NCBI GenBank assembly: GCA_045047305.1
Contig: JASFYO010000007.1
Span: forward strand, 1 to 64,000
Source: Planctomycetota bacterium
Lineage (GTDB): Bacteria; Planctomycetota; UBA1135
Reading direction: 5' to 3'
DNA length: 64,000 nt
Shown here: positions 46,263 through 55,474 of the stretch, piece by piece
Layout: each line of letters starts with the position of its first letter
Numbering within the stretch: position 1 is the first letter of the stretch
Translations under genes and position numbers: made by a program
The notes under the pieces: generated by a model
Told to the model about the DNA's origin: nothing
The model's database searches: none
What the model saw: only the letters and a program-made list of their open reading frames with translations

Positions 46263-46802
46263 ATGTCCGAGCCTGAACGCATTGAAATCCAACACGTCTT
46301 GGTTTCCTTTAAGGAGACTCAAGTGGCCGCCGACCGTACTAGAGAAGAAGCTGAAGCACTTGCCGCGCAACTTTTGGAGCGCGCAAAAGGTGGCGAAGAC
46401 TTTACCGCTATGGTGCGCGAGTTTTCCGACGACCCTGTGCACGAAGAGGATCCTTCTCCTGGTGTTTACAAAATGATTAACACTGGCGTCGACGGCGCCG
46501 ATTTCGGGCAGGTGATTTCCGAACTCAATGGGCGTGCCGCCGAGAAAGAAGCCGCACTCACCAAGTTAATTGAGGAAGGTGATTTGTCGGTTGATGATGC
46601 GCAAGTGCAAATGCAGGACTTCGTCGAAGAACTACAGGCGGAGGCTGCCAAGCGCCAAGGCGATACTCCACACCCACGCGCCGCAATGGTTGCCGGATTT
46701 GGCGACATTGGATTCGCACTTGGTGCGGGCGAAGTTGGCCTTGCTGTCTTTGATGAAGAAAAGTCGCCATTCGGCTGGCACATCATCAAGCGCCTTGCCT
46801 AA
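46263..46802 (+). CDS. parvulin-type peptidylprolyl isomerase with helical insertion
   Basis: QHVLV, GEDF..MVREFSDD, MVAGF, SPFGWHIIKR. Confidence 0.85.
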   Translation: MSEPERIEIQHVLVSFKETQVAADRTREEAEALAAQLLERAKGGEDFTAMVREFSDDPVHEEDPSPGVYKMINTGVDGADFGQVISELNGRAAEKEAALTKLIEEGDLSVDDAQVQMQDFVEELQAEAAKRQGDTPHPRAAMVAGFGDIGFALGAGEVGLAVFDEEKSPFGWHIIKRLA

Positions 46803-46819
46803 GCGCTAGCCCGCAGACT

Positions 46820-48772
46820 TTATTCTGCAGCTACGGATTTCACTGGCGGAGATTTCTCTTCACCGGTGAAAGAGTAGCAGGAACTCTTGCGGTTGAGGAC
46901 ATCCTTGGCGCAACCAGGGCGTTGATATCCTTCCACCAAGTTCTCCAAGATGCCGTACACCGCCGGCAGCGCGCCCTTATCTAAAGCTGATTCTAACTGA
47001 GCAAGCATACGCGTGACGGTTGCGCTATCCGCTCCGCATTCGTTTGCCTTGAATATCTTGGCGTGGCTGGTTGCTTCACTGCAACTTGGATCCACTAACA
47101 ACTCCTCCACCAGTTTCTCACCTGGACGCAATCCGGTGAATTCAATCTTCACTTCGCGGCCCGTGCCTCGGGTAGCCAATTCAATCATGCGGTTAGCCAA
47201 ATCCAAAACGCGGACTGGCTCGCCCATATCTAAAAGATAGACTTCGCCGGAACTGCCCATAGCAGAGGCTTGAACCACCAATTGAGCCGCTTCTGGAATG
47301 GTCATGAAGAACCGCATGACGTCTGGATTGGTCACCGTGACGGGTCCGCCCGAAGCAATCTGTCGGCGAAACAGCGGCACCACAGAGCCTGCGCTATCTA
47401 ATACGTTGCCAAAACGAACAATCGTGAAGCGGGTAGCCGGCTTTGGCTCGACTTGACCTACCAGCGCCTTCTTTGCCTCTTTATCCACCAGCAAAACTGC
47501 GAGCTCCGCCAAGCGCTTACTCGCCCCCATGACGTTGCATGGGCGTACCGCTTTATCCGTAGACACAAAAAGGAAGGAACTCACGCCGGCCCGAACTGCA
47601 GCGCGCGCAGCAAAGAAAGTGCCCAGCGCATTATTGCGCACGCCCTCAATTGGGTTTTGCTCAACCAAAGGTACATGCTTATACGCTGCTGCATGGTAAA
47701 CCGATTCCACCTCGAAGCGCTTGAAAGTATTTTCCAGCCGATTCTCATCCAAGACAGATCCAAGAACCGCGGCCACCTTCACGTCAGGATACAACTCATG
47801 GAGCTGCATCTCGATTTGATAAAGCGCGTACTCGTGGATTTCAAATAAAACCAACTGCGATGGGCCAAGCGCCGCAACCTGACGACAGAGTTCGCTTCCA
47901 ATCGAGCCGCCAGCGCCGGTCACCATCACCGAATGCCCAGGGACGACTTCGCGCAGCAGGTTGTCATCGGGCAGAACTGCACTGCGGCCGAGTAAATCTT
48001 TGACCGGCACTTCTGCAAGATCAGCAACGCTTTGCCCCCCACGGACGAGATCAAGAAAGTTTGGCACTTCCAAAATACTCAAGCCGGCACGCTCCATGAT
48101 GTTAATCATTTGGCGTCGGTGAATTGCATCGGAAGCGGGTGCTGCAAGCAAGGCTTTCTCGATGCCATGCTTCTCCACCAACTTGGCGATGCGGGCCGGC
48201 GGATAGACATCGAGCTCGCCCATGCGAATCCCCCACTTCGAGGGTTCGTCATCCAGAAATGCGACCGGCCGCATTTCGTGATTGTAGGCAAGTGCTTGTG
48301 CCAACTGAAGGCCGGCAGACCCAGCGCCGTAAATCAAAACGGGCTCGACCTTTTTCCCGTCGCGCGTGAGGTGCCGGGCAATCCGTTGCAGTGTTTCACG
48401 ACTGGCCACGATGAGGGTGGTGGCAATGAAGGGCTCCAACAACAACACCGAGCGCGGAACACCCTGAAGGCGCATCACGAACACGGCGGTTCCAAAACCG
48501 ATGGTCGAAATCGCAACGCCTTGTAAGGTTTGCACTACGAGCTGTTGGTTAGGCAGCCGCAGCATCGACTTGTACAGCCCAACCAAGGTGAAGGCGGGAA
48601 TCCGTACCGCTGTCATGGCCAAAACCATCCACGGATAGTTACCCCAATAATCAGGGGCAAAGGTGGTCCGGCGTACTGCCAACGCAATCCACAAAGCCAA
48701 GGCCGAAATCACAACGTCCATCAGGACGAGCAATAGGCGCTTTTGGCGACGGGAAAGGTTAGTGATGAACAT
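46820..48772 (-). CDS. nucleoside-diphosphate sugar 4,6-dehydratase (WbpM/PglF/CapD type)
   Basis: N-terminal TMs; TGAGGSIGSEL, AAYKHVP, STDKAV, RFGNVL.S.GSV, RPGEKL.EEL. Confidence 0.93.
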   Translation of the reverse strand: MFITNLSRRQKRLLLVLMDVVISALALWIALAVRRTTFAPDYWGNYPWMVLAMTAVRIPAFTLVGLYKSMLRLPNQQLVVQTLQGVAISTIGFGTAVFVMRLQGVPRSVLLLEPFIATTLIVASRETLQRIARHLTRDGKKVEPVLIYGAGSAGLQLAQALAYNHEMRPVAFLDDEPSKWGIRMGELDVYPPARIAKLVEKHGIEKALLAAPASDAIHRRQMINIMERAGLSILEVPNFLDLVRGGQSVADLAEVPVKDLLGRSAVLPDDNLLREVVPGHSVMVTGAGGSIGSELCRQVAALGPSQLVLFEIHEYALYQIEMQLHELYPDVKVAAVLGSVLDENRLENTFKRFEVESVYHAAAYKHVPLVEQNPIEGVRNNALGTFFAARAAVRAGVSSFLFVSTDKAVRPCNVMGASKRLAELAVLLVDKEAKKALVGQVEPKPATRFTIVRFGNVLDSAGSVVPLFRRQIASGGPVTVTNPDVMRFFMTIPEAAQLVVQASAMGSSGEVYLLDMGEPVRVLDLANRMIELATRGTGREVKIEFTGLRPGEKLVEELLVDPSCSEATSHAKIFKANECGADSATVTRMLAQLESALDKGALPAVYGILENLVEGYQRPGCAKDVLNRKSSCYSFTGEEKSPPVKSVAAE

Positions 48773-48970
48773 GGGGGGAATTCTGAGACTCCCGGCGCGA
48801 CGGCAACCTCATGGAGCGCCGATATTGTAACAAAGGTTGAAAAAAACCATGGTGCTATGATGCGCCATAAACCTTTTGCCTATTGGTGTTTTCTACGATG
48901 ATGCTTTCCGACGTGGGCCGCCATCGTTTCCTTCAACCCGATTCGAAAATTTACCCGGGAAGGCCCCGGC

Positions 48971-50002
48971 TCAATGCGGAGTTCTATTTCCGCGCGCCCT
49001 CTCAACGGCTTTCAGGCCCACCCACAAAAGCAGGAATAGCAAGACGAGGCCAATAAGTAGTAAGAGCCGGGCAGAATCGCCTACCTCTCCGAATAGCCAA
49101 GCCGCCCAGAGCATCAGTGCCATGAGGCCATATTCAGCGAGCGCCGTTTTTCGGTGGCCCCAGCCCGCATGAGCCAGGCGTTGATATGCGTGTGTTCGAT
49201 GCGCCTCCCAAACCCGATCCCCTTTGATCATCCGCCGAAGAAGGGTTGCGGTCGCATCGACCCAAAATGGAGAAAACAAGATAAGGGGCTGCCACAAGTC
49301 CAAAGACTTGTGGTCGATGCCGAGGAAGGTCACCAATGCAACCAGGTAGCCCAATGGGGCGGCGGCAACATCGCCCATGAAAATTTTTGCTGGGGGGAAA
49401 TTCCACCACAAAAAGCCCGCGCCACTGCTTGCAATAACACAACAAAGCAACGCCAGGGAGGCGTCGCCATTGATCCATGCCAAAGCAGCGCAACCGCCAA
49501 AACCAAACACCGTCATACCACCTGCGAAACCATCCATTCCATCCATGAAATTGAACAAGTTGGTGAACCAAACCGTAACCATGAGCGCAAATGGAATCGC
49601 AAACCAACCTAGGCCAGCGGGTTGCCCCAAAATCCCGGGAAGCGGAATCGCGATTTCATAAGCGCCGCCAAGCACCAGGCTGCAAGCCGCGCCAAGGTGT
49701 ACCGCGAGACGAATGCTCGAACGAATCGGCCGCCGATCATCCAAAAATGAAATCCCTGCAACCAACACAAAGCCAATCAGGGACGCCGCGTTCGGGAACA
49801 GTGAAGTGCCCTGAAATCTCTGCCAAGCCTCAAGCAGAAGCAAACTAACGACGATGGCCAAGCCCCCTCCACTTGGCGTAGTCTTCTCATGCAGGGAGCG
49901 ATGATTGGGCTCAGCGACTGTTCCGAGCGAATGCCCCGCCCCCATCAACCAACGCGTGCCAGCGCAGGTGAAAAGAAAAATCCCAAGGCTTAGGGGAATC
50001 AT
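48971..50002 (-). CDS. MraY/WecA-family polyprenyl-phosphate sugar-1-P transferase (WbpL-like)
   Basis: RSLH..TPSGGG, LDD, NLFNFMDGMDG, IFMGD, AHRTHAYQRL. Confidence 0.92.
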   Translation of the reverse strand: MIPLSLGIFLFTCAGTRWLMGAGHSLGTVAEPNHRSLHEKTTPSGGGLAIVVSLLLLEAWQRFQGTSLFPNAASLIGFVLVAGISFLDDRRPIRSSIRLAVHLGAACSLVLGGAYEIAIPLPGILGQPAGLGWFAIPFALMVTVWFTNLFNFMDGMDGFAGGMTVFGFGGCAALAWINGDASLALLCCVIASSGAGFLWWNFPPAKIFMGDVAAAPLGYLVALVTFLGIDHKSLDLWQPLILFSPFWVDATATLLRRMIKGDRVWEAHRTHAYQRLAHAGWGHRKTALAEYGLMALMLWAAWLFGEVGDSARLLLLIGLVLLFLLLWVGLKAVERARGNRTPH

Positions 50003-50090
50003 CGGCTCTGGATAAACCGTTAAGAGGGTGGCGACGGGGGGTCGCTATGGCTGAGGATACCAAGCCGGGCGGTCCCTCTGCCTTTAAGCC

Positions 50091-51128
50091 CTAATCCTCC
50101 ACAAAATTCTCGCCAAAAAGCCGCATGATGTGGTGGACGACCTCTGGCACCACATGCCGCCCATCTTCTGACCAAGCAACCTTTCTCGCCGAATTCATCA
50201 CGATTTCATAACTTGGAAAGTAGTGTGCGTAATCATGAGAGGCGGTAAAATCTTCCGCAACCGCTCGTAAAACCGACTTGGAGTAGGCGTTCGCGACCAC
50301 AATATCTCGATTTGTAAAAGTCGCCATGAGAGGAACTGGGCTTGTAGTGACAACGATTTGCAAATCTGAACGACCTACCTTTTTGAGCAGTGCCCCAATG
50401 GCTTCCATATTCTCCCTATTCTCAATAAAATTTGACACCTCGAAGGAATACCGTCCCGGGTGGAGACTTCGCATATGTGGCGAGGGAGCCATGTTGAGAT
50501 GAATCCCAGCCTCGTTGTCGTACCACAACTCCACCAGACCTAAAGTAAAAACGATGACGCGGCATTTTGCTATCCGCCGAATCACTTCAGAAATCGTGGC
50601 GCGTCGCCTTAGAGTCCCTTCGTGACACACCCATTTCAAAGTGGGGTTTGTAGAAGGGTCGATCCAAGTTCCATCCTCGCCCTCCACCAAACTTGATTCC
50701 GGAAACTCCGCATCGGAATCTAGCGCCCATTCCAACTCATGCCTAATAGAGTGGGTGGAGTACTTGTTCATAAAACCTCGCCCAGTCACCCCAGGCAAAG
50801 CAAGCTCAAAGGAATCGAACTCCGCTGCCGCTGACAAGACGTTGAACTTTTTTCCCAACATAGCATTTTCAATCCCACGAGCGAAACATGAACCCATAGC
50901 AAAGAGGGCGTCCGTCCGGCTCATTCGGAATCCAGGGTCGGCGAATGTCGGTGTATAAAGGCGCTGGTTGATTCTCTGAATGGCGAATGCTTGCGAGCTA
51001 GCATGGACATCTATGCCAGGTTTGTACCACCTGGACCCTGGGTTTTTAACAAGGTTATTCACCGCGTCCGAGTCGCTAAACGTGTATGTGCTCATGATTT
51101 CATTTCGATGATTTTCGGTTATTTCCAC
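50091..51128 (-). CDS. GSCFA-domain protein (SGNH-like)
   Basis: Literal GSCFA motif; FTLGLVE, SPVPL, YFPSYEIV, D.RHV. Confidence 0.88.
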   Translation of the reverse strand: MEITENHRNEIMSTYTFSDSDAVNNLVKNPGSRWYKPGIDVHASSQAFAIQRINQRLYTPTFADPGFRMSRTDALFAMGSCFARGIENAMLGKKFNVLSAAAEFDSFELALPGVTGRGFMNKYSTHSIRHELEWALDSDAEFPESSLVEGEDGTWIDPSTNPTLKWVCHEGTLRRRATISEVIRRIAKCRVIVFTLGLVELWYDNEAGIHLNMAPSPHMRSLHPGRYSFEVSNFIENRENMEAIGALLKKVGRSDLQIVVTTSPVPLMATFTNRDIVVANAYSKSVLRAVAEDFTASHDYAHYFPSYEIVMNSARKVAWSEDGRHVVPEVVHHIMRLFGENFVED

Positions 51129-51967
51129 ACCCAGCCGTGTTTGCGGAAGTATTTCCAGGCGGAAACGCCAAACATGCGAATATGGGCCAAGCCCTTGTGC
51201 GATGCGCCACCTCCGTAATGCTCAATGACAACGCGCGGTTCATAGGCCAAGGCATGGTTCTTCCGAACCATGCGACTCAGGTCATTGTCTTCAAAATAGA
51301 GAAAATACCTTGGGTCAAAGCCGCCAGCCTGCTGGAGGGCACGCGTTCTGCAAAAAAGGAAACAACCGCTTAATACCAGAAGCCCTTTACTGGCCTTGTC
51401 GGTTCCCATGCCTGCAATAGTGTAGCGGCCCATTCTTTGCTGAAATCGCTTTTGCAACCAACTTGGCGCAAATCCGCGGAGGAACAAATCCAACATGTTT
51501 GGATCTCGTTTGCAAAGGTGCTGCTTGTCTCCGGCCCCTGCGCGAACCCTTGGAGCAAGCATGCCCACTTCGGGATTTAATTGCATGTACCGAACTGCCT
51601 GGATAAGAGAATCTTCATCCATAACAGCGTCGGGGTTGAGCACGAGGTAGTAACGATTTCTGCTCCGCAGAATCCCCAGGTTGTGCCCCCTTCCGTAACC
51701 GAGATTTCTTTGTACTGGATGGATTTCCACAGGACCAACTCCCTCTCTGTCCCAGGTCTCGTCCAAAACCTGATTGAGCTGGGCTGACCACCCCTTTCCG
51801 GGTCCATTATCAACCAGCAGCAAATCCACGGACCCAAGGGATCCGTCCTGCAATGCGGCCTTAGCCGCCCTGCAGGCTGCCGCCAAAGTCTTACGCAAGT
51901 AATCTAGGTTAGGATCGTAGGTTACGACCGAAATGCTTAAACCAATTTCTGGGCGGGGAAAAGTCAT
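51119..51967 (-). CDS. glycosyltransferase family 2
   Basis: VDN, NLGYGRGHN, LNPD, FDPRYFLYFED. Confidence 0.9.
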   Translation of the reverse strand: MTFPRPEIGLSISVVTYDPNLDYLRKTLAAACRAAKAALQDGSLGSVDLLLVDNGPGKGWSAQLNQVLDETWDREGVGPVEIHPVQRNLGYGRGHNLGILRSRNRYYLVLNPDAVMDEDSLIQAVRYMQLNPEVGMLAPRVRAGAGDKQHLCKRDPNMLDLFLRGFAPSWLQKRFQQRMGRYTIAGMGTDKASKGLLVLSGCFLFCRTRALQQAGGFDPRYFLYFEDNDLSRMVRKNHALAYEPRVVIEHYGGGASHKGLAHIRMFGVSAWKYFRKHGWVWK

Positions 51968-51974
51968 CCTATCT

Positions 51975-52736
51975 TTAGAAATCGGCTTCATAAGCTGCGA
52001 TGACTCTATCCGGCGAGCCATCTAATTCAACGCGGCCATCCTTTAACCACAAGACTCTGTTCGCTATCCGACGAACGACACTCATTGAATGAGAAACCGT
52101 TACTACGATTGGGGTTCTCTCAATCAAGTCTTCCATCCGGGTGATTGCCTTTTCGCGGAATCCTTGGTCGCCTCCACCAAAAACTTCATCTAACAATAAA
52201 ATCTCCGGCTGGATGGAAGTAATAGATGTAAATGCCAGACGCATTCCCATGCCCCTGGAGTAATACTTAAGTGGAGTTTCGCGGAACTTTTCAAGCTCAG
52301 CGAATTTGAAAATGGCATCGGCCTTGGAGCGCATTTCCTCTCTGGTAATCCCAAACAAGGCCCCGGCCTGTTCCACGTTCTCTTCGCCGGTAAGTTCGGG
52401 TTGAAACCCCAAGCCAACCTGGAACAGGGGAACCAAGAAACCACTCACCAGAATTTCACCCTGACTCGGTTGGTAAATACCTGCAATCATTCGCAGCAAG
52501 CTGCTTTTCCCTGCACCGTTCCGGCCAATAACTCCAATCCTGTCTCCTGGCTTGAATTCAAGGCAAATGTCTTTTAGCGCCGGAAACACTTCCTTTGAGT
52601 GCGACTCAACAGCTCCGCGACCAAGTAAGTTTAAAAGCGCTGACTTCAAATTCGGCCTACGGTTCCGATAGACGCGGAAGTTCAATCCCGCGCCGTCTAA
52701 CCGAACTCCTACCTTACAGTCGGAAGACGATTTCAT
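51975..52736 (-). CDS. wzt: polysaccharide ABC exporter ATPase, no C-terminal carbohydrate-binding module
   Basis: GRNGAGKS, YSRGM..RLAF, LLDE; ends immediately after the NBD. Confidence 0.88.
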   Translation of the reverse strand: MKSSSDCKVGVRLDGAGLNFRVYRNRRPNLKSALLNLLGRGAVESHSKEVFPALKDICLEFKPGDRIGVIGRNGAGKSSLLRMIAGIYQPSQGEILVSGFLVPLFQVGLGFQPELTGEENVEQAGALFGITREEMRSKADAIFKFAELEKFRETPLKYYSRGMGMRLAFTSITSIQPEILLLDEVFGGGDQGFREKAITRMEDLIERTPIVVTVSHSMSVVRRIANRVLWLKDGRVELDGSPDRVIAAYEADF

Positions 52737-53478
52737 CTTTATAACGGGAAAGGACAAACATTCCGAGGAGTGCTGAGACTGCTGCAATGCCTACCGCAAA
52801 AAAGATGGTTTCTGGCGGAGGAAACTCTGCAAGCGTTATGGGACTATCAAACATCTGCAATAAATAATACGCCGGGTTGAGCCGAAAATATGGAAGCAAG
52901 GACTCTGGAATGGCTGTAAACGGAAGGATTACGGGAGTTAAGTAGAACCAGGCTCGAAGCACAACAGTAATTAAATGTTCCGCGTCACGGAAATAGACCA
53001 CAAGGACGCTTGTGGCTGCAGCCAAGCCGAAGCCAAAGCCGAATAGGCAAAGCACCGATAGCGGCAAAATCATGAGCGCTGTACTTGGAACAAAGCCAAC
53101 AAACCAAATGACTATCGCTAGAGCCGCCATCGACAGAACATATTCTGTAATGGCAAACAAGGACTGACGCATGGGAAACACCCAAATGGGAATGGGTACC
53201 TGTAGTATCAAACGCTCTCCAATGATTAAGGAGCGACTACCCATGCCAATGCAGGACGCAAGACATTGCCAGGGCAAAAGGCATGCAAAAAGGTGAAGTG
53301 CAAATCCTCTTGGACCCGCATCGCGAGAAAATAAAAATGAAAACGCCAAGGTCATGACCCCGAGCATTAGCATCGGATTGAGAAGCGACCACAAGAAACC
53401 TAAAACAGAACGACGATATTTCAGAGTCAAGTCTTGACGCAGAAAATTTCGAACCATGACCGTAGATGACCTATCCAC
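52714..53478 (-). CDS. wzm: polysaccharide ABC exporter permease
   Basis: KYRRSVLGFLWSLLNP, FRD, FYLTP, LNP. Confidence 0.92.
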   Translation of the reverse strand: MDRSSTVMVRNFLRQDLTLKYRRSVLGFLWSLLNPMLMLGVMTLAFSFLFSRDAGPRGFALHLFACLLPWQCLASCIGMGSRSLIIGERLILQVPIPIWVFPMRQSLFAITEYVLSMAALAIVIWFVGFVPSTALMILPLSVLCLFGFGFGLAAATSVLVVYFRDAEHLITVVLRAWFYLTPVILPFTAIPESLLPYFRLNPAYYLLQMFDSPITLAEFPPPETIFFAVGIAAVSALLGMFVLSRYKDEIVFRL

Positions 53479-53521
53479 GGTAGCTTTCCGTTTTGCTTCG
53501 GGTTATCAGTAAAAACACGAG

Positions 53522-54625
53522 CTATTGGCTGTTCAGTTGTTTGCGAAACGCGTTTCGAATGGATTGCCCAAGCCGAACTTCGCTCCGCTTCCACAGATTG
53601 TCCATGTCCTTGCGACATTCCTCAAGCCTTATCGAAAGCTCTTGAATCCTGACATCCTTTTGCTTGGCCTGCTCCTGAATTTTTGACAAGGCACCAAGCG
53701 CTGCCAGGGCTGCGTCTTTCTCTTCCATGGCTGCGCGCGTCTCTTGAACGCGATCTTGATATGCATTCTCTCGAAAATCAAGTGCAACATATAAATCAGA
53801 CGCTTCTGCCATTAGCTCAAGGAAAGATGAAGCCGGTATCGGCGGCACCACGAGCTCTGTCGATAAAGATGCCTCTCCCGCTGCGCATAAGCTCAAATGT
53901 TCAAATGCTTTTTCTCCACCCGGCCACCATCCGGTAAATTCTGGGTTCGCCTCTTGGTGATGAGCAAGGCTTGCATCTACTGTGGCTGCCATTGCGGTAC
54001 AATCTAACTCAATATTGGATTGCTCCATGAAGCGAGCGCAGCGCTTTGCCTCATGCATCGGGTCTCGCAAGATGTTTTCGTAAGACAATACAAGGGGGCA
54101 AAATTCTTGCAGGCCTGCACATGCAGCCGCTAAGTACTCTTGCCATAGGTAACCCGCTAACCCTGGTGAAATTTTATTTCGAGATGCTAATGACGACGCA
54201 ACATCCCCCGGATGGCGCAAACAAAGAAACGAACGCGGGGCTCTTGGCAATAAGGGAAGCCAAAACGAAAGAAGTAGGCTAGTGCGTGGATCTTTCCATC
54301 CCCAACATGGCGAAGATTTTGAAAGATGAACTAGCAAGTCTTTCGCCCGGGTTCTTAAATCATCCCATTCTGAATCCGAAAAATCTGGTGCCCCCCCCTG
54401 GGGAGGATTACGCCAAGTTCCGCCTAACCTTTCCAAAAGTTCTTCGTTAATTTTGCGAAGCCCATAGTGCTCCCAAAAGCCGTGAGGATTATCTGAGTTT
54501 GGGCCAGCCAACTCCTCGCTGGGGCCAAAGCAAATTCCCCCGGCCTCAAGCATCTGCGAAACCAAGGAGGTGCCGCTTCGATGCATGCCAACCACCGGAA
54601 CGGCCACGGAAGACTCGAAATCCAT
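53522..54625 (-). CDS. sulfotransferase-fold protein with C-terminal coiled coil
   Basis: GMHRSGTS 5'-PSB loop, WGWKDPR, RHP..VASS, YE; heptad-like tail. Confidence 0.8.
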   Translation of the reverse strand: MDFESSVAVPVVGMHRSGTSLVSQMLEAGGICFGPSEELAGPNSDNPHGFWEHYGLRKINEELLERLGGTWRNPPQGGAPDFSDSEWDDLRTRAKDLLVHLSKSSPCWGWKDPRTSLLLSFWLPLLPRAPRSFLCLRHPGDVASSLASRNKISPGLAGYLWQEYLAAACAGLQEFCPLVLSYENILRDPMHEAKRCARFMEQSNIELDCTAMAATVDASLAHHQEANPEFTGWWPGGEKAFEHLSLCAAGEASLSTELVVPPIPASSFLELMAEASDLYVALDFRENAYQDRVQETRAAMEEKDAALAALGALSKIQEQAKQKDVRIQELSIRLEECRKDMDNLWKRSEVRLGQSIRNAFRKQLNSQ

Positions 54626-54637
54626 CGCCCTATGTTA

Positions 54638-55474
54638 TCAGGTGAGAAGGTTGCAACGGTCGCGATAGGATGCAATGCGAGATGACCCGGCATCCAAATC
54701 CTGAATGCGCTCAGTCAGGAGATTATTCGCGATTTGGTACAGCTCCAAGTCTAAAGTGTTGCGGGCTACGACATCGGCAAAAAGCTCGGTCCCGCAAGCC
54801 TTCTCGGCATCATTTATCCGATCCTGGAGGGAGGCCTTGCGCCCTGAGGTAACATTTTGTGGAGTTGTTGCGAGGTTTAATCCAGGAAAGAACGGGCTAA
54901 GTCGAACCTCAGCCAAAGCAAGGCTTTCCTCGAGGCGGTCAACCACACCACAAATGGTTGAGCTTCGCAGACGCCCGCGAGCCAATTCCGCATCGATTTC
55001 TCGACTGCCTGCACGAGGATTGCATGTCAATATTGATGCGTGATAATCACACAACAAGTTCGATTGACCCTGATCAAGTCTCCACCGCACATAATCCGGG
55101 AAGCTCGATTTTTTTGCGTTGACACTCCCTGGAGAACTACTCCTTTGTTTCCTCTCATAGCGATAAATTGAGTGCATGCGGTCCAAAGGGTGGCGCACAA
55201 ATAATGCCGGCAGCAAATTCAATTCGGGCACTTCCGGAAGCGGAAAACGCAAATGGTGGCTTGATAACGCTTCCACATGTGAGTTCGCCGTCAGGTAAGC
55301 CGCGATTTCATTTGGCAAATGGGAATAACGAGGGCGATTGCCGTCAAACTCGGCAAATTTTCGTTTGAACTCTCTCTTAAGGGCGAAATCGAAGGTCGTT
55401 CCGCCATTTTTGAAAATGTGAAAATGCACCAATACACTTCGCTTTGATGCTTTTTTTCGTTTTAAGCCTAACAC
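54638..55474 (-). CDS. sulfotransferase family 2-like protein
   Basis: HIFKNGGTT, RHPLDR.HS.Y.Y, N.LDLELY. Confidence 0.75.
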   Translation of the reverse strand: MLGLKRKKASKRSVLVHFHIFKNGGTTFDFALKREFKRKFAEFDGNRPRYSHLPNEIAAYLTANSHVEALSSHHLRFPLPEVPELNLLPALFVRHPLDRMHSIYRYERKQRSSSPGSVNAKKSSFPDYVRWRLDQGQSNLLCDYHASILTCNPRAGSREIDAELARGRLRSSTICGVVDRLEESLALAEVRLSPFFPGLNLATTPQNVTSGRKASLQDRINDAEKACGTELFADVVARNTLDLELYQIANNLLTERIQDLDAGSSRIASYRDRCNLLT

